Of a DNA stretch of 64,000 bases, positions 1-11,607 are shown in pieces. The stretch's first letter is position 1. Each line of letters starts with the position of its first letter. The notes under the pieces are model-generated. The model saw only the letters and a list, made by a program, of their open reading frames with translations. It searched no databases and was not told the DNA's origin. Both the position numbers and the translations under genes were made by a program. This DNA comes from Camelus ferus (lineage: Eukaryota), in contig NC_045697.1 of NCBI RefSeq assembly GCF_009834535.1, positions 16,618,001 to 16,682,000 on the forward strand, read 5' to 3'.

Positions 1-309
1 ATAAATGGTCTGAAATGGCAGAACATTTTCTTGCAATCTTAAAAAATAATAGCAGCAATATTTCAGAGGATAATTCTGCAATTTTTTCAAGGTTTCCGCT
101 CAAAACCACATTTGATATTGATAGATACATTCTTAAACTGCTCATTGACACATCCATAAATATGTGAAGTTGAAAGGAAATTAAAAAAAAAATCCCAACT
201 GTAATACTCTCTCTTGGAAGCTTGAAGACAGGACAGCACCCAGTAGAGCTGAAGATGTTTCATTCATTCCTGAATCAAGTTTAGCAACACAAAATAGAAG
301 TAGAGTGAT

Positions 310-495
310 GCAGAGAATATGCAGGTTAGAAGAATCAGACAGATCTGGGCCACTCTTATTACTATCTCCGTGACCTTGAGTGGGTCAAATAATGTTATGG
401 AATCTCAGTTTTCGTATCTCTAGCATATAGATAAAATCTAGGATTTTAGGATTGCCATGAGAATTTTAAAAATGCCTTGTATATATCCTGTCTGG
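310..495 (+). mobile_element. MIR SINE fragment
   Basis: MIR-like order of motifs: 'gaatcagacagatctggg...gtgaccttgagt...ctcagttttcgtatct...ggattgccatgagaattt'; boundaries approximate. Confidence 0.65.
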
Positions 496-1699
496 TGGAT
501 GCAAGGTGCCATCTAAATGTTAACTTCTCGACAAGCAAGATTGGTACAACACATTGGTTATTTTCATCTCCTAGAAAAGAGCTCCCGGTTTTATACGACT
601 GGAATGTTTTGTTTTCTTTCCATGTTATGGGTCCATCGCTCCACTTTGGATAGAGAACAAAACAAGATCTTGGCAAAAATGTAAATATTATCCCCTTTTA
701 TAGTCCTTGGCCTGGTTACATTCATGTCACAGTTAAGTCTAAAATCCACTATGAATATGAAAACATTGCTTCATTTGCATTCAGCCATATCTGTAGGCAA
801 AAAAAAAAAAAGGTTATTTACTAGAAGAAAAATACAATTAAGTTCTGAGGTGTTTTATTTTATTTGGAAAGCCTCCTTTCTCCAGGAACATAACAATGAC
901 TTACTGATTTATAAAGTGCTATACTTTAGAGGCAGCCAAAATACTTCCCTTATAACTATGATACCTTGTATTTCTAATCTTGGTAATACTCAGCTAGAAT
1001 CTTACCCACTGCTTTTAAAGAGGCACTGGGACTTTTTTGTTTGTGTCATTTCAATTGCCCTTGTAGTCACCCAGGAGCCTCGGGTGGGTTTTAATATTTC
1101 CATTTTTAGCATTGAGTTAGTCGGTTTGTTTAATTACTAAGGGTACTGAAGACCACAGGTGACTTATTAGCTTGTCAAGCCCGGATGAAACTACAACTCT
1201 GCATGTGCCACCCCAGGAATGAAAAAAAGAAGATGAAGATGTCTTTCCTGGGACTTGCAGCCCAGCTTTGTAAAGCCTGTTGTGGTTGGCACAACCAGAG
1301 GAGTTCCATCTTTCTTGGAGATTCAAGTCCGAGCACTTGATGATGATCACGTCAAGACAAATGACCCTTGGGGGATAAAGAAGGCAGCACGTGTGAGACT
1401 CACGTGCCATCTTCATGATAGTGAGTCCAGAGCCAGCGACTCATGCTCCAGCCTCCCTCTGCTCTTCAGCAGAGCACCAGAGGAAGTATTCTGCTTGGAT
1501 TAAGAAGACATAGCGTATAAAAATATATATACCTCAGCCCCGCATGGAAGCTGAGATGGATGGTGGCAACTTCAGAGTCATTGCTCTGAATTCATGATAG
1601 AAGAGAGAACTGTGTGGCTTCCAGTGGACCTGAGGCTGTACTGATGTGATTAGATATGGATTTTAAGTGACTCCATCACATCACCTTTCTTTCCAGAAA

Positions 1700-2160
1700 G
1701 CTCGTGTTCTGGAACCGGCTCCTTCCCTACTCCATCCATGTGCTCCTGACTGGAGCTGCCATGTTTATGTTAGCCTCTCCCTCTTCCCCAGTCTGGACCA
1801 ATCCCTGCACTTCTTGAGATATTTGAAAATTCAGGACAACAGAAGGTGATACAGTCTCCCTCTTGTGGTCAAAGCTAAAAATGTGAATCTTGTTTTTCCA
1901 TATGCCTCTTCAGAAACAGGACATACAATGAAAATAATAATAAAGTTGAAATACAGACAGTAGAGCAGTGAGACTTGGAGGGAGGGTCTAATCATTCACA
2001 CCCCTGATTCTGATTGTTCCTGAGACTCACCTGGATCTGCAATTTGCTCTTGTTTGGTTGTTCAACTCCGCCACGGTTGTGTCAGTTGATAAATGACCCT
2101 CTTGCCAATAGCTTGCTAAGGTTAGGTTTCTGATTCTTGTAACCAAACTAATCCACTCAT
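1700..2160 (+). mobile_element. Old MaLR/ERVL-class LTR (MLT1/LTR16-like), degraded
   Basis: 3' end 'gttaggtttctgattcttgtaaccaaactaatccactcatca' resembles old MLT1 LTR termini; subfamily uncertain. Confidence 0.45.
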
Positions 2161-3377
2161 CAAAGTATTATTTACTTAGTGAAATTTTCTCCTAAGCAGG
2201 GACAGAACTAGCACCGTAATAAAACCCTCATTACTTGCTCACACGTACAGTGGTCTTACCTTGGTGGACAGAACACTTCCCTCTGGTTTCACCAGCTGTT
2301 TCAACTCTCTGTGCTTTAAGGTCACCCTCCATGGAATGACAGTGGTGACCTAGATCAGAGGAATTAAGGGCAGCACACACACCACCAACCAACCCCCTGT
2401 AGCAGTTATTAAGTGCCAACCTGGCATTCGTCCCCGGGACCATCACTTCTGTTTCAGACTCTTTCCCAACACAGTATACAAGAGGAAATTTCTTTTTCTT
2501 TGTTGAACCTTAAATAATCTCACAGTATCAGTATAAGCTTTCTGCTATCCCAGTGTATTGGAACATCAAGAATCTGATTCCCATTTCACAGGTAAGGAAA
2601 CTGAAGCCCAGAGGGATCCATGGTTGACATAAAGCTGTTCAGCTTGCTTTTCACCCCTCTTTCCCATTCAGGACAGGGAGGAGGAAGGAGGATTAAAAAC
2701 GGTGGCAGCCTTTACGTGCAGTGAGTTTATTCCCTTGGAAAGGGAGCCGAGCGAGGCGAATCACCCCAGGCCTTTGCGTGTTGCCTTGGAAATGATCTCC
2801 TTCTCTTCCCCGCCCCTTTCTCTCCCCTACCTTATCCCATCACATCAGTACCAGCTGGCTGTACCCCACATTAGAGGAAGAATGGGGCCCCGCCAATTAT
2901 TGCTTCTCTGTACTAAGATGTACCCTGGTGAGCAGCGCTCCCAAAGGGGTTTAACTTCTGAGTAGGAAGTAACAGAGGAGCCAAGGGAAACTGGCTCAGG
3001 GACCCACTTTTGAACCCAAGCAGAGATGCAAATTTGGGGTCTAAGCATGCCATTTAGTCAACCATGCAAATTAGCACATGCTCACTTGCCCGGGGCCTGA
3101 AAGAAACCAGGAGGGGGGCCACCAGGAATTCCAAGCTGTTCTGTTTCTCCTTCAATTGACTTTTGGTCATGTTTTAGTTGGTATGTGCTTCTGTAGATTC
3201 CTGTGGCTGGAGGTGAATGCTTGTTTTTCTAACCCAGGCATCAGGAAGCAGATGTGAAGTTAAAGAAATGAGTTAAGATCGAAGGTTAGTAATGGTAAAT
3301 TTTAGAAGTAAACCAGGAAGAAAAGGTTAAAAGAATAAGATATATAAAAATTATATCTATATCTATATAAAATTTTG

Positions 3378-3403
3378 CACACACACACACACACATACAT
3401 ACA
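3378..3403. repeat. (CA)n/(CATA)n microsatellite
   Basis: cacacacacacacacacatacataca. Confidence 0.9.
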
Positions 3404-4639
3404 TCTGAAAAACTGGTACAAAAATGCAATTCAACCTAGTCAACCCCACATCTAAGGATCTTTCTTTTTTTTTTTCTTTTAAAGGTTACCATTTACAATC
3501 ATTGTTTATGGGTGCAGGGGTTAGGACGGCCGTGTTTAGTTGCAATTGTTCAAATATATGCTCTTCATAAAAGAGAGAGTCTCACTCTGACAAGGGTTGT
3601 AACCCTCATGCAATTCCTCGGGCTCTAGCTGAATGGGAACTATTAGGTCCCAGGCACTTAGACCTTTCAGCAAAGTTTCCATTTCCCAATTATTGGAAGA
3701 GTGAGTCAAATAAAAGCAAATGTTGCTAAAGAAAACAACATGAAAAGAGTCTTTCAATATCTAAAGAAAGCCGGGGATTGATTGAAAGTAAGTAGTTAGA
3801 AATGCATCTCCATCCACGTCTTCAACTACAAAGGTGGTGAAAATCGGGGGTGGGGTGAGGGCAAGAGAGGTGGGAGCTTGGCGCAGGGGCAAGGAGGGGA
3901 GAAAAATTCACTGAAGGAAAGAAAGAGCATTGGTATCTGGTGTTTCCTCTGCAATTGAATGCTGTCAGGCCAGCATCGCGCTCATCCACCCAGATTGAAC
4001 ACATTGCTATTATGGAAGCAGCGCTCTCTTCTAGGGTAGATTAAAGAGCTAATAGGTGAAGCCAGCTGCAAGGAGCATCTGTCTTTTCATTTCAGAGCAA
4101 GAGTCCTTGCAGAACTGGAAAAATACAGGTTCCAGAGTGTTCAGGAGGTTGTAGCTGAGGAGGGAGTTTCAGCAATTTTCCAATTTTTAAAGTGCCCTAG
4201 GCTTCATGAATCTCCATGAGTCCTTCCAGTGGGTGAATTGTCATAGCAGCTTCTCCGTCTAAATCATTACTGGCGTGCAGAGACCTGGAGAATCCCAGCT
4301 CCACTTTACCTAAGATATTTCCTATCAGCTGCCTTGTTCTTTGAGTAAAACCTGGGTGGGTCTATTTGCACATCCTGACTCCTGAATACCTGGGCTGCTT
4401 CCTCCACTACTTACTCCCTGAAAGAATTGATGACTTGCATCTTCTCAGTCATCATAAACTAAACAGATGATAGGGAATTAGAAGTCTGCCAAACACTTGG
4501 GGGTTCATACAGCCAACTCATGGAATCTGTAAGAATTTCTCTGAGCAGGGATTGAGAACTAGAGAAGAAATTATAAGGCTGTCAGAGAAAGAAAAGACAC
4601 AGGATATTTGTTAAGAATCAGCAGTACGTCAAGCAATTG

Positions 4640-4800
4640 AAATGTGTTATCTCATGTAATCTTCACAATAATCCTGTGAATCAAATCTGATTATTCCCGT
4701 TTTCACTGGGGAAATGTAGGACTTGTCAAGACTTTCCAGCATCCTTGGCGCCAGTCTTGCGAGGTGAACTCAGCTGTCTTTGACTCCAAAAGCTCGTGGA
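4640..4800 (-). mobile_element. MIR SINE fragment
   Basis: 'tatctcatgtaatcttcacaataatcctgtg...attcccgttttcactggggaaa...tgactccaaa' matches the reverse MIR core. Confidence 0.65.
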
Positions 4801-4828
4801 CCACAGAAAATGCATCCACTCTCCCCCT

Positions 4829-5157
4829 CAGCTTTATTGAGATATAATTGACAAATAAAATTGTGAGGTATTTAAAGAGAACAACATGATGATTTGATTT
4901 ACGTACACATTGTGAAAGGATTCCTCCCATTGAGTTAATTAACACATCCATCACCTCATCTATTTACCCTCCTGTGTGTGTGTGAGAACATTTAAGTTCT
5001 TCTACTCTCTTAGCAAATTTCAATTATACAAGACAATGCTATCAACTACAGTCACTATGTTATGTATGAGATCCTCAGACCCTATTCATCTTACAGCTGA
5101 ACATTTATACCCTTTTACAAACCTCTCCCTGCTTCCTCTACCTCCCAGCCCCAGCAC
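4829..5157 (-). mobile_element. L1 3' end (L1MA-like), 5'-truncated
   Basis: 'cagctttattgagatataattgacaaataaaattg...ttaattaacacatccatcacctca...gtgagaacatttaag...ctactctcttagcaaatttcaa' is a typical reverse L1MA 3' UTR. Confidence 0.85.
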
Positions 5158-5595
5158 AGCCACCTTTCAAGTTGTATTGCCCTCTCCTGAAATCCCATTT
5201 TAAGTCGTAGACACTTCTGGGGTGAAGAGTGGAGTCCTGTAGACCAATGTGCCCTGGGTTCCTACAGTTTAGTAGCAGTGCTTTTCAAGCTTTTTTGAGC
5301 ACGGTGCACAAAAGAAATGAACATTACTTTGACTCTGCACTTATATAACTATTACATATGTGTATTATAACTAAAAACACTTCCCAAAATAATATTTTCT
5401 TTTATATATGCAATGGATTTTCATGTTTTAATGTATTTTAGACTAGTTGCTATGAACCCACTAACACAGTGGTTATGAATGGACACCATGGAGGAAGACC
5501 AGCTGGGATCAGATCTGAGTCTGGATACGTACCAGTTGTATGACCTTGGAAGCATTATTTAACCTATGATAATAGGTTAAATAATAATAATGGAT

Positions 5596-6114
5596 TGTGA
5601 TGGTTAAGTTTATGTGTCAATTTGATTGGGATCAAAGATGCCCAGACAGCTGGTAAAACATTATTTCTGGATATGTCTGTGAGGCTGTCTGCAGAAGAGA
5701 TTATCATTTGAATCTAGAGACTGAGTGAAGCAGATCATTTGCACTGATGTGGGTGGGCATCAGTCAACTCACTGGGGGCTTGAATAGAACAGAAATGTGG
5801 GGAGAGTGTGAATTTGCTCTCTCTGCTTAAGCTGAGGCATCCATTTTTCTCCTGCCCTTGGACACTGGCACTCCTGGTTCTCTGGTCTTTGAACTTACAA
5901 CATGACTTCAACCATCATCCCCTCAATTCTCAGGCCTTTGAACTTGGCCTGTATCACACCACTCACTTTCCTGGGTCTCCAGCTTGCAGATGGCAGATCA
6001 GGGGACTCCTCAGCCTCCATGGTCATATAAACCAATTCCTATAATAAATCTCTCATGTATATCTTCATCTATATCATATGGGTTTTGTTTCTCTGCAGAA
6101 CCCTGACCAACACA
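5596..6114 (+). mobile_element. MLT2 (ERVL) solo LTR, inserted into a MIR
   Basis: Starts 'tgtgatggttaagtttatgtgtcaatttgattggg', ends 'tttctctgcagaaccctgaccaacaca' (TG...CA); contains aataaa; degenerate 5-bp TSD tggat/aggac; MIR halves on either side (~5490-5595 and ~6115-6190). Confidence 0.9.
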
Positions 6115-6488
6115 AGGACATTGTGAACATTAAATAAATAAATATTACGTGAAAATCACTGACACATTAGTAAATGTTGGCTCTTATTTTGTGAGGCCCT
6201 TAGCATAATGTGTCACATAGATGGGGCACATTAACAGTGACTGACATATAGAAAGTGCTCCACAAATATTAGCCACTGTGGTAGTAGGTATTTATTATAA
6301 TTACTAAGTATAGGACAATTGGCTAGGACTTTTGCATGACCCTGGAGTAAAGTAAAACAAAGTTCTGCAAGTAAAACAAAGGAATTTAGAAAATACTTAA
6401 ATAAATGAGAAGAGATGAAATAGTAACTTAATATCAAAAAATGTCATGTAATTATTTGTTTATTCTCTTATTTTAGACTCTTTATCTC

Positions 6489-6626
6489 GCTAGACTGTCA
6501 AGTCTTTCAGGGCTGAGACCCTGTCCATTAATTCACCACTGTGTTTTCTTAGCCTGGAGTCATGACTTTTACATAGAAGTCCCTCTACAAATTACTACTT
6601 GTTGAATGAATAAAGAAATGAATGGA
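6489..6626 (+). mobile_element. L2 3' end
   Basis: 'ctagactgtcaagtctttcagggctgagacc...ttcaccactgtg...ttgttgaatgaataaagaaatgaatg' is an L2 terminal signature. Confidence 0.75.
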
Positions 6627-7830
6627 CAAGCATTATTAGTTTATTTGTATCCATATGCTGCAGTAATTGTTCAATTTAGTAAAAGCTATAGTCTTGTGGA
6701 TTAGTGGTTGTCAGTGAATAGAACTCTCCCCTAAAATTTACTCACTACCCACTTTTCAAAATCATGGAACCCATATGAAAGAGAGAGAGAGAGAAAACAT
6801 ACAATGTGCTTTTTTAAACCCTAAAAGAAAAGCTAGATTTGGAGAAATTTGACCTTTCTCTGTGAAGCACATCATTCCAGGCTTGGGACATCTCCTGAGA
6901 ACTCTAAATGCTCTTGTGAGGTAGGACTCAAAGATGAAGTTGAGACTTGAAGTTACTTAAGGCTAGGAAGTTGGTAGCCCATGAATGCCCACTCCAACCA
7001 CGAGCCCGGAGAAGGGAGAGAAGCTGAATGAAATGACATCACCTAAATCTTCTATCCGTATGTTTTTGCTTTTGACTTCCTCTATTGATCTGGGCAAAAG
7101 TACAGAAGAAACTGGCAGGAGAAGAAAAGTACCGAAATCCAAGAGGGAAAAGACCTATGAGATTATGACACATTGTTTCTTGCTTTTGTTTCCAGCTTCT
7201 TTTCATGCCCAGTTGGCATTCCATCCTCAACCACTCTCATTTTCATTTCTGTTAATAGAAGAGAACTCTGTTGATTCTGTTCATTGTGCTAATGTAAGGG
7301 AATTACAAAGTGGGAATTCTCCAAAGCATTGAGGGATCATGATTCAGGGTACAATGGCCCCGATTCACCTCTCTAAGTGGGAGATAATAGGATGAACAAG
7401 GTCTTGAGATAAATAAGCCAATTATATAGTTTTGTTGAATGCCTACTGCTTACCTAATATTGTACAGAGGAGGAAGAAGCAGACGATTCAGTCCTTTTCA
7501 AAGAGCTATGAAGCTTTCTCTCTAGGAGGAGAGGATTGACTAAAACATGAAAGACATAAGACACTGAGGGTCAGATTTGTTCCTTATTTATCCATGATTC
7601 CCCATACTTAGCACCGGCCTAGCACGCAATAGGTAAATGTTGGTGATTAACGGGTGAGTAGATTAAAGTGGTGCAAGCGTAACCCTTGGCATTGGGCAGA
7701 CCTAGCCCTCAAATCTGGCGTTTGCTAGATACGTGATTCTACATAACTTGCTTGATCTAAGCGCTAGCCTTTCAAAACTTTCCTCATTTTATCCTAAACA
7801 CAGAAATTATAACGATGAAGTGGATTAGAG

Positions 7831-7985
7831 CTTTATGTTTTATTACTGGACTATTTAATTACTTTATTTTGGTGCCAAGGAGGTAAGTACGTTCACTCAT
7901 TTTTAGAGGAGGTACTGGGGGGTTGAACGCAGGACCTCATACATGCTAAGAATGCACTCTACCGCTTGAACTATACCCTCTCCCC
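7831..7985 (-). mobile_element. Camelid tRNA-derived SINE (Vic-1-like)
   Basis: Reverse complement reads ggggagagggtatagttcaagcggtagagtgcattcttagcatgtatgaggtcctgcgttcaaccccccagtacctcctctaaaaat with Pol III A/B boxes and an A-rich tail; 15-bp TSD tgaagtggattagag (7816-7830) / tgaagtgggttatag (7986-8000); sits inside a MIR. Confidence 0.9.
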
Positions 7986-8439
7986 TGAAGTGGGTTATAG
8001 ATAAAACATCTAGTGCAGTGCCTGACAAGGACTGGCTGCTCAAACAGTTTTGCCTATGGTTGTGTTGAGATCATGCCTTTGTTCACACTCAGCATGGCTA
8101 GTTCCCAGTTCTAAACGTGAAGATGCCTGGACAAAGGGGGAGGCAGAGCATAATTCTTATGTTTATCTAGAAGTAGGGGTAAAGGCTGTCCCCAATTCAA
8201 ATATGCTCCTCAAATATCTCCCCCACTCATGTTCTGCTCATCTCGGATCCAACCCTGAGCTTTTTCTTGGGTAATACTGATCCCTGGCAGAACACTAAAG
8301 GTTAGCCCAATTTGCACCCAGATAAAGACCAGACGGCCCAGTCCTATGAGGCTAACAGGTAGTGGGGTAATACCACAGGCTTGCAAGCCACAAGGCAGGC
8401 ACCAAAATTTACATGGTTGAAAGAAAATACACTTTGCCG

Positions 8440-8630
8440 GCAAATCCTGAGTTCAAGTCCAAGTCATGCAGTATCCTAGATACATGCATTAAGACACGTT
8501 ACTTAATCTTTCTGAACCACAGATGTTAAATGTAGATATTATCCCTAAGTTTGTTGTAAAAATTAAGTGACATGATGCATAACGCATTTAACACAGCTAC
8601 TGGCATGGAATAACTACCCAATACCAGATT
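8440..8630 (+). mobile_element. MIR SINE
   Basis: 'cctgagttcaagtcc...gttacttaatctttctgaacc...ttgttgtaaaaattaagtgacatgatgcat'. Confidence 0.65.
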
Positions 8631-9819
8631 TCAGTATTTTTTTTCTCCTCTAGACTTGATATTAGAATCCTAACAGTGAGTGTGCCCATAACGCCCTCTT
8701 AGACTATCTCTAAAAATACTTTAATTTCACACTGCTTCATTGAGCACTAATATTTCTCAGCCTTCTAAATCAGAAGGCTTTTTAGTTTGTGAAAAATTGA
8801 TCATTTCTGTCACTGGACCCCAGAAACTCTCAACTTGTGAAATAGTTAAACTTTCCTTCTTGAACTGAAGAAACTTCATCAACGGCCATTACCAGCTGTG
8901 GCAATGACTTCCTTCAAAGCCTCTAGAGGGCAATTTCCTCCTAAATTTCATCTGACTTGTGATTCCAATTTAGCCAGAATTATGAAATGTCCCTTCAAAT
9001 TAAGTAAACCACAGCAGTCCCTGTGCTAGCTGCAGGATGACAATATATCCCATTAGCCTTGCTCTGCAGATTTCAGTGAAATCCAAACTCATCTGTGATC
9101 GTCCCATGACCGGCACAGTTGCCCTTGATCAGCACCTAAAGTCTATCAATAGAAAGGCGGCCCCAGCCAGCAATAGAGTGTTAACTTGCAAAAACAGAAA
9201 CCTACAGTTCGGGATTATTTATTGAGATGTTGAAGTCTCTAGACACAAATCAAGATACAGAAAACAGAAAATTAGGGGACTCCACCATTGTTAGTGAACT
9301 ATCTCAAGAGAGGGTAGAAATATTACATAAATATCATGTGATTCTGTGTTCATAAATGGAAAGAATTGTATTTGAGGACTGGAAAGTGAAACATTTGATA
9401 TCGTTATCCAGGAAAAGAAGTTTTCAGACATGTTAGCTAAAGAAGTGGATAATGCCACATGGTATTACAGAGGAGAAGGTATCTCACACGTCTAATCTAT
9501 GCCAATCTGCTGAGCGTTCTTTGTTTATGTCACATAATCCTTTCTACAACTCTATAAAAACTATTATCTCAATTTTAAAAATGAGTTGAATTGAGGTTAA
9601 GAAAAGTGGAATAGTCCATCCAAGGGCACAGAGGTAGAGGTGGAGGAATTAGGATGAGAATGTAGGTCCATTGTGCTGTAGAATCTACACCTCAGGTTGT
9701 CTATGATGCTAAAAGGCAGACACATAAAGCATCAGAAGCATTATTGCCTTGAGGACAAGAACTAAAGAAGGATAATTTTCAATTCAATGTCGAAGTTAAT
9801 TCAACTCAATTCTTTAAGA

Positions 9820-10145
9820 ATTTTTATTTTTTTTTATTGCAGTATAGTTGATTTACAATGCTGTGCTAGTTTCTGGTGCACAGCATAGTGATTTAGTTTT
9901 ATACATATATATATCCTTTTTCATATCCTTTTCCATTATAGATTACTGCAAGATATTGAATATAGTTCCCTGCGCTATACAGTAGGACCTTGTTGTTTAT
10001 CTATTTTATGTATAGTGGTTGTATCTGATAATCCCAAACTCCTAATTTATCCCTCCCCTATGCCACCAACCCCACCCCAGCTTATCCCCCTGATACCTAT
10101 CAGTTTGTTTTCTCTGTCTGTGAGTCTGTTTTTGTTTTATAAAAA
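9820..10145 (-). mobile_element. Cetartiodactyl-type L1 3' end, 5'-truncated
   Basis: T-rich tail, then 'gtatagttgatttacaatg...gatattgaatatagttccctgcgctatacagtaggaccttgttg...cccaaactcctaatttatccc...ctgtgagtctgttt'; homologous to the copy at 49325-50045. Confidence 0.9.
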
Positions 10146-10214
10146 GTTTTAAGTAACTGCAATCACAGACTTCTATCAGTTGCCCCAGAGAAGCTATGTA
10201 CCTTAAGGTTTATA

Positions 10215-10440
10215 TCTGTGTGTTCTAGAGTCAGATTCTCTCTGTATTTGAATCTCTGATCTGTTTCCTACTAGCTGTGTAAACTCAAAGAAAGAAACTT
10301 AATTCCCAGTGTCTGTAAAATAAATATAAAAACAATTACCTTGCACATTTTCCATGCAGATTAAACAAGATGGTATGTAAAAGCAAAGAACATTGCCTGG
10401 CATAGTGTGCACTCAACACATGATGGCTGTTGTTATTCCA
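10215..10440 (+). mobile_element. MIR SINE
   Basis: 'ctagagtcaga...tttgaatctc...ctactagctgtgtaa...tctgtaaaat...attaaacaagat...tgcctggcatagt...actcaa'. Confidence 0.7.
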
Positions 10441-11415
10441 TCTTTAATACAAAGCTACCTTACAAATTAACATAACGTAAATGAAATGGTTGAATTATTC
10501 AGTAGAAATATTATTTATTGTGAGAGGAGAACAGAGTAAGAGTGGACAAGCACTGCTTATTCAGGACAAGGAAAAAAGTTGAACCCAATCATCATTCCTC
10601 TTCCAGAGTTACAAGAGAACATTTTAGAACACAGGAGTATTAGGTGGACTCCCCCATGGTATGGCTGAGAGCCATAGAGCCAACATATGGGGAGGGGAAA
10701 GGCTCTTACCTGCCTGTGTTAAAATTTTCTATTATTATTTATTCAAAATATCAGAGGGCAAAGCTTTCACTAGAGCTTGTGGCAATGAACGTTGACTGGG
10801 GAAATCCAGTGGGCAGCAGTCATCCAAAGCTACTCTGAAGGTGTGGATCATCCCAAGAACTGTATTGCTCTCCTTCAGAATCTGATGCTCCTGTTCTTTA
10901 AGGACCCTGCTTAGCTGCCAGCTGAGGTGCAACACACGCTTTTTAAAGAAGTAGTTCATTCAGGACAGTTTCCTCAATTCTGATCAATAGTTTTGTTGGG
11001 AAATAGTTTGCCACTCATGGCCACAGAAATGCTTACAAGTGCCCCCAAACTCCTACAATCCATGCTGTCCCACATCCTCTGGGCCCCTAATCTGAATTAG
11101 CTGAATCTGGCCCTATTTAATCAGAGGCAAGAAACGGGATCCCAGTGGTAGAAACAAGGCCATGGAGAACCTCCAGAACACCGAGAAGGGGCCCCTGCCA
11201 GTCCTGCACAAATCCCAGCCTCATTTCATGTTAAAGATGATACATGCCCGGGACTCTTTTGGCCATTATCGCCCCGTGCCTTGCTGTCATTTCATTCCCT
11301 AAGCAGAAAGTAGCTATGTGGACCCCTACTAAGCCAATCTATCTCTGTATGAAGCAATCTCATGCAGGAAATGATCACCACCTTCAGCAGATTCCATATA
11401 AAGATGAGAGAGGTC

Positions 11416-11607
11416 ATCTACTGTACAGCACAGGGAACTACATTCAATTTCTTGTAATAAGTGATAATGGAAAAGAATCTGAAAAAAAATCTGTATGTAT
11501 ATGTTTAACTGAATCACTTTGCTGTGCACCTGAACCCACTGTTGTAAATCAACTACACATCAATAAAAAAATTAAAAAAAATTTTAAAGGGGGTAAAAAG
11601 GGGAAAA
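11416..11607 (+). mobile_element. Cetartiodactyl-type L1 3' end with TSD
   Basis: 'ctactgtacagcacagggaactacattcaatttcttgtaataa...aactgaatcactttgctgtgcacctgaa...aatcaactacacatcaataaaaaa'; 16-bp TSD aaagatgagagaggtc (11400-11415) / aaagatgagcaaggtc (11608-11623). Confidence 0.9.

Noticed and set aside
724..1140. 138-aa ORF
   Set aside because: AT-rich, includes a poly-A run, resembles no protein I know and has no exon context.
5275..5470. Possible hAT-Charlie MER fragment (cagtgcttttcaagctttttt...)
   Set aside because: Only one plausible terminus; family not assignable.
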